Shown here: piece by piece, positions 9,621-18,233 of the stretch
How the letters are laid out: every line of letters starts with the position of its first letter
Numbering within the stretch: position 1 is the stretch's first letter
Translations under genes and position numbers: made by a program
DNA from: an uncultured Anaerolineales bacterium
GTDB taxonomy: Bacteria > Chloroflexota > Anaerolineae > Epilineales > Epilineaceae
DNA length: 33,714 nt
Direction: 5' to 3'
Assembly (NCBI GenBank): GCA_964498575.1
Contig: CAZCJG010000003.1
Span: forward strand, 1 to 33,714
Notes under the pieces: model-generated
Databases searched by the model: none
Seen by the model: only the letters and a program-made list of their open reading frames with translations
What the model was told of the DNA's origin: nothing

Positions 9621-11726
9621 TTACTTCGGCCCGCCTGCCAGTACCACGTGATCCCCAACCACCGCCCCGTCCTCCGCGACCACCGGGATGCGCTCGACCG
9701 AAGGCCAGGTGTAGGCGCCGGCGACGAGGCGGTGGCGGGTCGGATCGTAGCCGCCCGGCACGTCGATCACGCGCCGTTCGACCACCTGGTCGCCCGGCTT
9801 CCACTGTGCGACCGGGAAAAGGTCGCGCCCCAGGGGTGCGTCGCTCGCGGCGACGACGCGGTCACCCTCCAGCACCTGGAAGAACACGGTCGGCTCGGCG
9901 TCCGGGGCGCGATCGATCCCCCAGACGGTCCCCAGGATCAGCCGCTCGCCGCCGGCGGACGGCTGGCGCGCCACCGGCACCGCGCCCAGCAGCACCAAGC
10001 CGTTCGCGAAGCGCGCCCGCGGGGGGGCGATCGGCGGCGCCGGCCGGCCGTCGATACGGATGTACAGCGGGCGCGCCGTGGATTCCAGATCGCCGCGGGC
10101 GAGCGGGCCGTCACCGAAGTCGATCCGCAGCCCCGGCACATGCTCCGCCCAGACGTGCTCCGGCTCCAGCCCTTCCGGTTGGAGGAAGGCGACGCCCGGC
10201 CCGACGTCGAGGATGGGATCGTAGCCGTCGTTGAGCTTGACGCGGTCGACGTCGACCAGGAACGGCACCGCCGCCCAGCCGTCGCGCAGCCGCCGGTCCA
10301 GCCAGACCGCGCCCGCCGTGGCCGCACCGCCTTCTCCCGTGCCGGCCTCCTCTGACCTGGCCGCCGGTCCGCTGGACCACCCCCCGCGCCAGCCAGAGCC
10401 GAGGGCGGTGTTGACCTCGCGCGCCAGATCCACCGCCGCGCCCTCGAACGCGAAGGCGAGCGTGTCGCGCGTCGGCCCCGGCGCGCCGGCCGCGCGCGCA
10501 TAGCCCAGCGTCGCGGCAAGCTCGCCGCCGACCAGCAGCAGGGCGAGCAGCGCCGCGAGAGCGGAGGCGAGCCTCGCGGCGCGTGGGCTGCCGCGCGCGC
10601 GCTCGGCGACCGCGGCGACGGCGACGGCCGGTGGGACCAGAAGCGCCGGCAGTGATCCCGCCGCGCGCAGGAAGTGCGGCGCGTTCTCGGCCAGGAGCGT
10701 TGGGATCAGCATCACCGCGATCCAAACCGCGATCAGGACGTCCGCCGGCCGCCGCCGCCACAGCATCAGGCCGAGCCCGGCCAGCCACAACGCGCCGCCG
10801 AGCAGCCCGAGCACCGGCCGGTTCGGGATGTTGTGACGCGGGATGAAGTCCCCGCGGACGAAGACCATGCCCAGCGTGCCCCCCAGGTTGCGTGCCAGCG
10901 CGCCGGCGAGGTCGCCGTGGTGGATCTCGGGCGCGAAGACCGATACCTGGCCGGCCCGGCCCAGCGTGGCGCCCGGGTCGCGAGCGAAGGCGACCAGGAG
11001 CGGCGCGGCGACCAGAAGCGCGGCGGCGAGCCAGACCGCGGCCAGATGGCTGGCTGGAGGGTGCATGACAGGGCGGTCGTCTGGCTGGTCGGGGACGGGC
11101 GCCGGCGTCCCGCCGGTGCTCCCGGGGGCGGACTGCCGCGCTCGCCGCGCCCACAGCCACCACAAGCCCCAGGCCGCGATCGCCACGGGCAGCAGCCGCG
11201 CCGCGGTGTAGGTGTACAGCGTCAGCCCGGCCAGCGCGCCGCCGAAAGCGATCCAGCGCCGGCTTGACCGCCGCGCGCCGCGGGTGGTGGCGGCGACGGC
11301 GAGCGCCAGGACGAGCGGCAGCAGCCCCACCCGGAAGCCCACCCGCCCGAGGATCACCGGCCAGGGGGCGACCGCGAAGAGCGCGGCGGTGAGCAGCCCG
11401 ACCCGCCGCCCGTAGAGCCCGGTCGCCATCGCGAACGCCGCCGCCGTACCGGCCGTCCCGGCGAACACCGAAACCAGCCGTACCGCCGCCGGCGTCGGCC
11501 CGAGAATCCCGATCATGCCCGCGACCAGGTAGATGAACAGCGGCTCGCGGCCATTGTTGGCCGGGAAGTAGAGATGCCGGTCACCTGCCAGCACGCCGGT
11601 GGCGTCGATGCCGTAGTAGGCCTCGTCATGATAGAGGCCCGGCGGCAAGCTATCGACCGCCACCAGCCGCAGCGCGAAGGCCGCGATCACGACGAGGAGA
11701 ACCAGCAGGCGGTGCGGGGTGGTCAA
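9621..11726 (-). CDS. GT-C fold membrane glycosyltransferase (GT39/ArnT/PMT-like), 701 aa
   Basis: The N-terminus MTTPHRLLVLLVVIAAFALRLVAVDSLPPGLYHDEAYYG has the DE-containing first loop typical of ArnT/PMT-type enzymes. Many hydrophobic helices follow over about 430 aa, then a soluble C-terminal domain of about 270 aa. TTG start at 11726, stop TAA. Confidence 0.8.
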   Translation of the reverse strand: MTTPHRLLVLLVVIAAFALRLVAVDSLPPGLYHDEAYYGIDATGVLAGDRHLYFPANNGREPLFIYLVAGMIGILGPTPAAVRLVSVFAGTAGTAAAFAMATGLYGRRVGLLTAALFAVAPWPVILGRVGFRVGLLPLVLALAVAATTRGARRSSRRWIAFGGALAGLTLYTYTAARLLPVAIAAWGLWWLWARRARQSAPGSTGGTPAPVPDQPDDRPVMHPPASHLAAVWLAAALLVAAPLLVAFARDPGATLGRAGQVSVFAPEIHHGDLAGALARNLGGTLGMVFVRGDFIPRHNIPNRPVLGLLGGALWLAGLGLMLWRRRPADVLIAVWIAVMLIPTLLAENAPHFLRAAGSLPALLVPPAVAVAAVAERARGSPRAARLASALAALLALLLVGGELAATLGYARAAGAPGPTRDTLAFAFEGAAVDLAREVNTALGSGWRGGWSSGPAARSEEAGTGEGGAATAGAVWLDRRLRDGWAAVPFLVDVDRVKLNDGYDPILDVGPGVAFLQPEGLEPEHVWAEHVPGLRIDFGDGPLARGDLESTARPLYIRIDGRPAPPIAPPRARFANGLVLLGAVPVARQPSAGGERLILGTVWGIDRAPDAEPTVFFQVLEGDRVVAASDAPLGRDLFPVAQWKPGDQVVERRVIDVPGGYDPTRHRLVAGAYTWPSVERIPVVAEDGAVVGDHVVLAGGPK

Positions 11727-11735
11727 CGGGCCGGC

Positions 11736-11741
11736 AGTATA
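11736..11741 (-). promoter_or_regulatory. -10-like TATACT 9 nt upstream of the glycosyltransferase start codon (near-leaderless)
   Basis: Plus-strand agtata at 11736-11741 reads TATACT on the minus strand. The TTG start is at 11726. No SD lies between them. Confidence 0.3.
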
Positions 11742-11819
11742 GCATATTCCGGGTGTTGCCGGTTTGGGATAGGTCCACGGTTAGCTGCGGTCCTTCCGCG
11801 ATCGGCCGGCGGACTGTTG

Positions 11820-11825
11820 TATACT
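11820..11825 (+). promoter_or_regulatory. -10-like TATACT 7 nt upstream of the acyl-CoA synthetase GTG (leaderless candidate)
   Basis: TATACT at 11820-11825, a 7-nt spacer gcgatgc, then GTG at 11833. There is no SD and no convincing -35. Confidence 0.35.
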
Positions 11826-11832
11826 GCGATGC

Positions 11833-13254
11833 GTGCAATTGAGCCGCCCCTGGCACGCCTTCTATCCCGAGGGTTTGCCCCCGCGCGACCGATATCCCGC
11901 GATCCCGTTGCAGGGCTTCGTGGAGCGCGCCGCGGCGTGGCACCCGCACAAGCTGGCCCTCGTCGACGGCGCGGGGAGCTGGAGCTACGCCGAGCTCCAT
12001 GCGGCGATTCTCTCCGGCTCGGGCTGGATTCGCGCGCAGGGGGTCGAGCCCGGGGATCGGGTGCTCCTGCGGATGGGCAATCGCGCCGAGTTCATCCTGG
12101 CCTATTACGCGGCGCTCCGGGCCGGAGCGATCGTCGTCGCCAGCAGCCCCTTGATCGGCGAAGCGGAGCTCCGCGCGCAGGTAGCGGACGCGTCCCCGCG
12201 GCTCGTGCTGGACATGGGGCCGGGGGACGGGTCGCCGGTGGACTCTGCGCCCCAGGACATCGCCGTCCTCCAATACACCAGTGGGACGACGGGCGCACCC
12301 AAGGGGGCGATCATGAGCCATCGCAATCTCGTCGCGAACGCGCTTCAAAACGCGCGATGGTTCGGCTGGCGCGCGGACGAGGTCAACCTCGCCATCCTCC
12401 CGCTATGCCACACCTGGGGCATGTGCACGTGCATGAACTCCACCTTCGCGGTGGGGGGCACGCTCGTGCTCGCGGATCGGTTCGTCGAGGAGGAAGCCTT
12501 CGACCTCGTGGAGCGCCATCAGGCGACGGTCCTCTACGGGAGCGCGACGATGTTCCACCGCCTGCTCGACCGGCCCCCGCGCCGCCTGGGGAGCCTGCGG
12601 CATGTGAAGGCCGGGGCGATGCTCTCACAGGGGGACCTCAAGCGCCGCTGGGACGAGCGTTACCCGCATGCGCCGCTGCAGCAGGGGTACGGGCTGACGG
12701 AGGCTTCGCCTGAGAGCCACAACAATCCGCCGGCCCGCTTCAAGGCGGGAACGGTGGGCGTGCCGCTGCAGGACACGGACTGCCGCATCGTCGACGGCGA
12801 GGTGCAGCTCCGCGGGCCGCAGGTAACGCGCGGCTACTGGAACCGCCCCGAGGCGACGCGCGAGGCCTTCGACGCGGGCTGGCTGCGCACGGGCGACGTC
12901 GGCGTGATGGACGAGGAGGGCTATCTGTCCATCGTCGACCGCAAGAAGGACATGCTCAAGTTCCGCGGCTACACGGTGAGCCCCAACGCCGTGGAGGAGC
13001 GCCTGCTCCGGCACCCCGCCGTGAAGGAGGCGGTCGTGGTCGGCCGCCCCGACGAGCGCGAGGGGGAGATCCCGATCGCGTTCGTCGTCCTCCTGGCGGA
13101 GGCGAGCGACCGCGACCTCGACGCGCACTGCCGGGCCGGGCTCGCGCACTACGAGGTGCCGCGCGAGTTCCGGCGAATCGCCGAGATCCCGCGCAACCCC
13201 CTGGGCAAGCCGCTGCGGCGGATCTTGCGCGGGGATAGCGCCAAGGCTCGATGA
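11833..13254 (+). CDS. AMP-dependent synthetase/ligase (acyl-CoA synthetase family), 473 aa
   Basis: AMP-binding motifs are present: LQYTSGTTGAPKGAIMSH, GYGLTEASP, GWLRTGDVGVMDEEGYLSIVDRKKDMLKF, and a C-terminal PLGKP lysine. Confidence 0.85.
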   Translation: MQLSRPWHAFYPEGLPPRDRYPAIPLQGFVERAAAWHPHKLALVDGAGSWSYAELHAAILSGSGWIRAQGVEPGDRVLLRMGNRAEFILAYYAALRAGAIVVASSPLIGEAELRAQVADASPRLVLDMGPGDGSPVDSAPQDIAVLQYTSGTTGAPKGAIMSHRNLVANALQNARWFGWRADEVNLAILPLCHTWGMCTCMNSTFAVGGTLVLADRFVEEEAFDLVERHQATVLYGSATMFHRLLDRPPRRLGSLRHVKAGAMLSQGDLKRRWDERYPHAPLQQGYGLTEASPESHNNPPARFKAGTVGVPLQDTDCRIVDGEVQLRGPQVTRGYWNRPEATREAFDAGWLRTGDVGVMDEEGYLSIVDRKKDMLKFRGYTVSPNAVEERLLRHPAVKEAVVVGRPDEREGEIPIAFVVLLAEASDRDLDAHCRAGLAHYEVPREFRRIAEIPRNPLGKPLRRILRGDSAKAR

Positions 13255-13413
13255 CAAACAGCCAGGGGCCGCGGCGAACGGGGGGAAAGACAGGGCGGCT
13301 GGGGGGATTGACGGTGGGGACGGGCGGGAAGTTTCTGGGGTGCGCGCGATTGCGCTTCCAACCCTCTGCCCCGTGGCAAACATCGAGCCTTCACATGGAA
13401 AAGGAGAGTGGCG

Positions 13414-13657
13414 ATGACCGGCGGACGTTGGGCAGCGACGTGGATGGGCATCATCGGGCACGCGGGGCCTCCTGAACCTGCGCCTTCGCATCGCGCGCCT
13501 GGCCGGGCAGCCGGCGGAGTCCGCGGCCATGCGGGACCTGCTCCTGGCGGTGATGATCGACCGCGTGCCGGGCGAGCGGCTGCGCGAGCTCCTGCTGGCC
13601 GGCACCGCCGTCAGCGTGACGCTGCGGGCCGATTCCCCCGAAACAGCGGCCCCTTGA
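13414..13657 (+). pseudogene. Possible small ORF (~80 codons) interrupted by a +1 frameshift at a G4 run
   Basis: A strong SD AAAGGAGAG lies 6 nt before the ATG at 13414. High third-position GC follows this frame to about 13467. It then switches to the +1 frame (LLNLRLRIARLAGQPAESAAMRDLLLAVMIDRVPGERLRELLLAGTAVSVTLRADSPETAAP, stop 13655-13657). Removing one G from gcgggg (13462-13467) joins the two frames. Confidence 0.25.
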
Positions 13658-13831
13658 TCGGGTGCCGGGCCGAGGGCGACCCGGGAGTCGCCGGGAGGGT
13701 GCCGCTCGGCGATCGCCCCTGCCCGGGCTTGCAGGGCGATGGACGCCACGCGGTTGGAGGAGTATACTCGGCCGGGCGAGCACTGAAGCTCCCGCCCGCC
13801 GGTCGCCGTCACGCGGGCCGGCGGGCAAGCG

Positions 13832-14521
13832 ATGACAGGATCGAGGACGAACATGACCGACGGGATCACGCCACGGCAGTTCCAGGAGTCCGGCGGGGTA
13901 GAAGACTGGCGGGTGGTGGGCGACGGTGCCTGCGCCTGCTTCCGTATCGGGTCGCTAGCGGCCGGCGCGACGCTGATCCAGGCCATCGGCGCGCTGGCCG
14001 GCATCGACGAGCACTCGCCGGACGTCGACCTGCGGCCCGGCGCTGTGACCGTGCGGCTGATCACGGCCACGGACGACTGGTACGGCCTGAGCCGGAGCGA
14101 CCTCGACCTCGCCCGCCGGATCTCGGCGCTGGCGCGGGAGCAGGGCTTGCCCGCCGATCCCTCCGTCATTCAAAGCGTGCTGGTCATCCCCGGCGCTCTG
14201 GACACCGCCGAAGTGATGCCGTTCTGGCGCAGCGTGCTCGGTTACGTGCCTCGCCCCGACAATCCCGCCGAGGACCTGGTCGATCCGCGCCGCCGCGGCC
14301 CGGATTTCTGGTTCGAGACGATGCGGGAGCCGCGCGCGGACGGCGGCGGCGCGATCCACATCGCCGTCTGGGTGCCCTACGAACAGGCCGAGGCGCGCGT
14401 CGCGGCGACCCTGGCGGCCGGCGGCCGGATGGTGCGCGACACGTTCGCGCCCGCTTGGTGGACCCTGGCCGACGCGGCGGGCAACGAGGCCGACATCGCC
14501 ACCACGATGAGCCGCGAATGA
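13832..14521 (+). CDS. Fusion of a pterin-4a-carbinolamine dehydratase-like domain and a glyoxalase/VOC-like domain
   Basis: The N-terminal half resembles PCD (GIDEHSPDVDLRPGAVTVRLIT...GLSRSDLDLARRISAL). The C-terminal half resembles the VOC/glyoxalase-like fold (FWRSVLGY...IHIAVWVPYEQAEARV). The alternative start ATG at 13853 has the SD GAGGA 5-6 nt upstream and may be the true start. Confidence 0.75.
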   Translation: MTGSRTNMTDGITPRQFQESGGVEDWRVVGDGACACFRIGSLAAGATLIQAIGALAGIDEHSPDVDLRPGAVTVRLITATDDWYGLSRSDLDLARRISALAREQGLPADPSVIQSVLVIPGALDTAEVMPFWRSVLGYVPRPDNPAEDLVDPRRRGPDFWFETMREPRADGGGAIHIAVWVPYEQAEARVAATLAAGGRMVRDTFAPAWWTLADAAGNEADIATTMSRE

Positions 14522-14610
14522 TCCTTGCTCGGCGTCATCCGGAGATCGGGAAGCCTCGGCATCCAAGCGAACACCCCGTTCGTCCCTCCGCACCGTAACA
14601 TGATATCGCC

Positions 14611-16326
14611 ATGCGCCTTGTCACCAGCCAGGAGATGCGCCAGCTCGAAGCCGCGGCCGATGCCGCCGGCCTGAGCTATGCCGAGATGGTGCGCAACGCG
14701 GGTGCCGGCGTCGCCCGGACCGTGGCGGCACTGATCGAGGCCGAGGGCACGGCGGGCCGCGCGATCGTCGTTCTCGTCGGTCCCGGCAACAACGGTGGCG
14801 ATGGACTGGTTGCCGCCACCGCGCTGGCCGCCGCCGGCCATGACGTGCGGGTGCTCGGCTGGCGCCGCGCGACCGCGGACGATCCGCTGGTCGCCGCGCT
14901 GGCCGCCCAGCCGCAGGTGCCGATCATGGCCGCCGAAAGCCCGGACGGGCTTGCGATGCTGCGCGCTTGGCTGGTGGAGGCCGGCGTCGTGGTCGATGCC
15001 TTGCTGGGGACAGGCACGAGCCGGCCGATCGAGGGCGTCTTGGCGGAGATCCTGGACGCCGTCGGGATGGTCGCGGGTGGTTCGGGCGGCCCGCTGGTCG
15101 TCGCGGTGGACGTGCCGACCGGCTTGCACGCGGACGACGGTGCGGTCGATCCGCATACCGTCCCCTCCGCGATCACCGTCACCTTCGGCTTCCCCAAGGT
15201 CGGCCAGCTTCGCTTCCCCGGCGCGGAGGTGGTGGGCGAGCTGGTCATCGAGGGCATCGGAATTCCCGAAGCGCTGGGAGCGGAAGCGGGGCCGGGCTGG
15301 TGGGAGGCGCCGGGCGCCGACGTGCTCGAACCGGCGGCGGAGCGCGCGCCCCCGCTCCCCCCGCTCGCGATCTCTACCGCGGCTGAGGTGGCCGCCTGCC
15401 TGCCTGCCCGCCCACTCAGCGCGCACAAGGGCAGCTTCGGGCGGGCGCTCGTCGTCGCCGGCTCGGCAAACTACACCGGCGCGGCCTACCTCGCCGCCGC
15501 GGCCGCCTGCCGCGCCGGCACCGGCCTGGTGACGCTGGCCCTGCCCGCCAGCCTGCAACCGATCATCGCCGGCCTGCTGCCCGAGGCGACCTATCTGCCG
15601 CTGCCGGAGGAGCAAGGCTGCGTTTCACCCGAGGCCGCCGGCGAGGTCCGGGCGATCTGGGCGGACTACGACGCGGTGCTGCTTGGACCGGGGCTGACCA
15701 CGCGGGCGGGCGCGGCGGGTTTTGTCCGACGCCTGCTCGACGCATCCGGTCTCGCGCCATCGATGAGCTTGCCAGGACGGCCGACGAGCTCGCAAGGACA
15801 GCCGGTAGCCGGCAATCGCGGGACCACGACGCCCCGGCCGCAGCGCCTGGTGGTCGATGCCGACGGGCTCAACCTGATCGCGGGCCTGGCCGGGGGACCT
15901 GCGGCGCTCCCGCCGGCCTGCGTCCTGACGCCGCATCCCGGCGAGATGGGGCGGCTGACCGGGCGATCGGCGGCGGAGATCAACGCGGACCGCGTGGGGG
16001 TCGCGCGCGCGGCGGCGGGGGACTGGGGTCAGATCGTCGTGCTCAAGGGCGCGTTCAGCGTGATCGCCGCGCCGGACGGGCGGGTGGTGGTCAACCCCTT
16101 CGCCAGCCCCGCGCTCGCGACCGCCGGGACCGGCGACATCCTGTCCGGGCTGATCGCCGGCCTGCTCGCGCAAGGGATGGCGCCGTTCGAGGCCGCCGCC
16201 TGCGGCGCGCACGTGCATGGCCTGGCCGGCGAGCTGGCGGGCGCGGCGATCGGTGGCCGGGGGACCCTGGCGGGCGATGTGCTGGCGCGGCTGGCGGAGG
16301 CGTTCAGGGAGATCGATCGGGCCTGA
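14611..16326 (+). CDS. nnr: Bifunctional NAD(P)H-hydrate repair enzyme (NAD(P)HX epimerase / ADP-dependent dehydratase)
   Basis: The YjeF N-terminal domain has VLVGPGNNGGDG. The C-terminal carbohydrate-kinase domain has HKGSFGRALVVAGSANYTGAAYLAA and GTGDILSG. Confidence 0.9.
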   Translation: MRLVTSQEMRQLEAAADAAGLSYAEMVRNAGAGVARTVAALIEAEGTAGRAIVVLVGPGNNGGDGLVAATALAAAGHDVRVLGWRRATADDPLVAALAAQPQVPIMAAESPDGLAMLRAWLVEAGVVVDALLGTGTSRPIEGVLAEILDAVGMVAGGSGGPLVVAVDVPTGLHADDGAVDPHTVPSAITVTFGFPKVGQLRFPGAEVVGELVIEGIGIPEALGAEAGPGWWEAPGADVLEPAAERAPPLPPLAISTAAEVAACLPARPLSAHKGSFGRALVVAGSANYTGAAYLAAAAACRAGTGLVTLALPASLQPIIAGLLPEATYLPLPEEQGCVSPEAAGEVRAIWADYDAVLLGPGLTTRAGAAGFVRRLLDASGLAPSMSLPGRPTSSQGQPVAGNRGTTTPRPQRLVVDADGLNLIAGLAGGPAALPPACVLTPHPGEMGRLTGRSAAEINADRVGVARAAAGDWGQIVVLKGAFSVIAAPDGRVVVNPFASPALATAGTGDILSGLIAGLLAQGMAPFEAAACGAHVHGLAGELAGAAIGGRGTLAGDVLARLAEAFREIDRA

Positions 16327-16354
16327 CCCTTCGCGATGACAAGAGGATGACATG

Positions 16355-16393
16355 GCGGGTTCCACTGACACTCGGTCGAGCGGCGGAACCCGC
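16355..16393. terminator. Hairpin between the convergent nnr and esterase genes
   Basis: A 9-bp stem pairs gcgggttcc (16355-16363) with ggaacccgc (16385-16393). There is no clear U-tract. Confidence 0.3.
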
Positions 16394-16395
16394 GC

Positions 16396-17889
16396 CTAAC
16401 GCACGCCCTCCCACAATCCGCGCTCGGCGGCGCGCGGATCGTCCACCACCTCGGACGTCGAATTGAAACGCATCGTCGCCCGGCGCCCGACATCATACTT
16501 CGGCCAGCCGGGGTCTCCGCTGGCCGCGAAGGCCACCCACGCGGCGTGCATGGCATCCGCGAGCGATTGCGGCGGGTGGGGTCCCCAGAGCAGCTCGGTC
16601 CCGTTGCCGAGCGTGTCGAAGACGAAGGGCATATCGATCCCATGGCAGGCGCCGAGGCGGCCGTCGAACTGCGGCGAGCGCCACGCGAGCTCGTACATGT
16701 AGGTGGCCGCGGGACCTGGAGCGTGGGCGTCGGCCAGGCGGATGGCGGGGATGCGCCAGAACCAGTCGGTCTGGATCGCCGCGAGCAGGTCGCCGGGGCT
16801 GGCGCCGGGATGCGCGGCGCGATAGGCGGCGAGCGCCGCTTCGACCGGGAGCCCATAGCCTGCCGCGGCGCCGGCCAGCGCCGGCTCGGGGATTTGGTCG
16901 ATCGCGCCGCTCGGCACCAGGAACAGCCGGTTCTCCTCGACGTTCGTGCCGACGATGAGGTCTACGCCCGCGCTCGCCCCGGCGGCGACGCGATCGAGCG
17001 GCGGGGCGGGGATGACGTCCCCGTCGACGGTTGGCTGCCAGAGCATGTAGCAGATCGCCACTTCGGGGCCCCAGCGCTGGGGGTCGGGACTGGTAGCGAG
17101 ATCCGCCTCCAGCTCGCCTTGGGCCGCGACCAGGCGATCGAGCGGCGCCGCCGCGATCGCCGCGCGGGTCGCCTCGACGCCGAGCTTCTCGGCGAAACGC
17201 TGCGTGACCAGGCGCGCGGTCGCGGCCGGGATCACGTGATGCGCCGCGCCGCTCTGGGCGATAGCGCGCCGGAACAGGCCCTCGGCGCGCGGCATCCCGA
17301 GCAGCGTGCCGACACTCATCGCCCCGGCCGACTCGCCGAAGATCGTCACATTGCCGGGATCACCCCCGAACGCGGCGATGTTCTCCCGCACCCACTCCAG
17401 GGCGGCGATCTGGTCGAGCAAGCCGCGGGTGGCGTCGCCCTCGCCGAAGTAGAGGAAGCCCAAGGCGCCGACCCGGTAGGTGATGCTGACGCAGACGACG
17501 CCGTCGCGCGCGAAGCGGCTGCCGTCGTACCAGGGCGAGGCGCCTGTCCCGTGATAGGCGTACACCCCGCCGGCAATCCAGACCATCACCGGGCGCCCCG
17601 CCGGCCCGAGCCCGGGCGACCAGACGTTGAGGGTCAAGCAGTCCTCACCCGCGCCGACCAGCTCCGGCGGGAGCAGCGGGGCGATCTGCGGCGGATAGGC
17701 CGGCTGGGGTGCCTTCGGGCCGAAGGCGAGGGCGTCGCGCACGCCGCTCCACGGCTCTGCCGGCTGTGGGGGCAGCAAGCGCCGCGGCCCGGCGAGTGGC
17801 GCGGCGTAGGGAATGCCCTTGAATGTGTGCACACCGTCGACAAAGCTGCCCCGCAGCTCACCCTGGCGGGTCGTGACCACTGCGCTCAT
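16396..17889 (-). CDS. Type-B carboxylesterase (para-nitrobenzyl esterase-like), 497 aa
   Basis: Contains the GESAG nucleophile elbow (IFGESAGAMSV) and an N-terminal FKGIPYAAP segment. ATG at 17889 is preceded by the SD GAGGAGG. Confidence 0.9.
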   Translation of the reverse strand: MSAVVTTRQGELRGSFVDGVHTFKGIPYAAPLAGPRRLLPPQPAEPWSGVRDALAFGPKAPQPAYPPQIAPLLPPELVGAGEDCLTLNVWSPGLGPAGRPVMVWIAGGVYAYHGTGASPWYDGSRFARDGVVCVSITYRVGALGFLYFGEGDATRGLLDQIAALEWVRENIAAFGGDPGNVTIFGESAGAMSVGTLLGMPRAEGLFRRAIAQSGAAHHVIPAATARLVTQRFAEKLGVEATRAAIAAAPLDRLVAAQGELEADLATSPDPQRWGPEVAICYMLWQPTVDGDVIPAPPLDRVAAGASAGVDLIVGTNVEENRLFLVPSGAIDQIPEPALAGAAAGYGLPVEAALAAYRAAHPGASPGDLLAAIQTDWFWRIPAIRLADAHAPGPAATYMYELAWRSPQFDGRLGACHGIDMPFVFDTLGNGTELLWGPHPPQSLADAMHAAWVAFAASGDPGWPKYDVGRRATMRFNSTSEVVDDPRAAERGLWEGVR

Positions 17890-18184
17890 GGGAGGACCTC
17901 CTCGATAGCACGATGCCTGCGGGACGATCCTGCGACATCGCGGGCTTTCAAACGGGTCGGGTCAACAGGATAAGAGACTTGAGCGCATCTTACTCCCGAT
18001 CCGCATGGCCGGCAAACCTCGCAATCGCCCCGAGGCTGTGCCGAACAAGTCGGATGGGGACCCGCATCGAACACCGAGTAGGCGAGATCTGCCCTTTGGC
18101 CCTTCGCCCCCATCGGCGATCGTGGTGCGGGATAACGGGATATAGCGAGATCATCCCAAATAGAACAGATGTTCGCTGGATGAT

Positions 18185-18213
18185 TTGGCATTGCTGCTCG
18201 ATTGAGGTATAGT
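18185..18213 (+). promoter_or_regulatory. Candidate sigma70 promoter (TTGGCA-N17-TATAGT) for the coiled-coil/PD-(D/E)xK gene
   Basis: -35 TTGGCA at 18185-18190, an exact 17-nt spacer, and -10 TATAGT at 18208-18213, within a lower-GC spacer. Confidence 0.45.
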
Positions 18214-18233
18214 GTAGAAGTCCACTTGCAGAA

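Noticed and set aside
13451-13828. 125-aa minus-strand ORF in the 13255-13831 gap.
   Set aside because: Its translation is Arg/Pro/Gly-rich and it has no SD. The plus-strand frame sharing the same third-codon positions is more protein-like.
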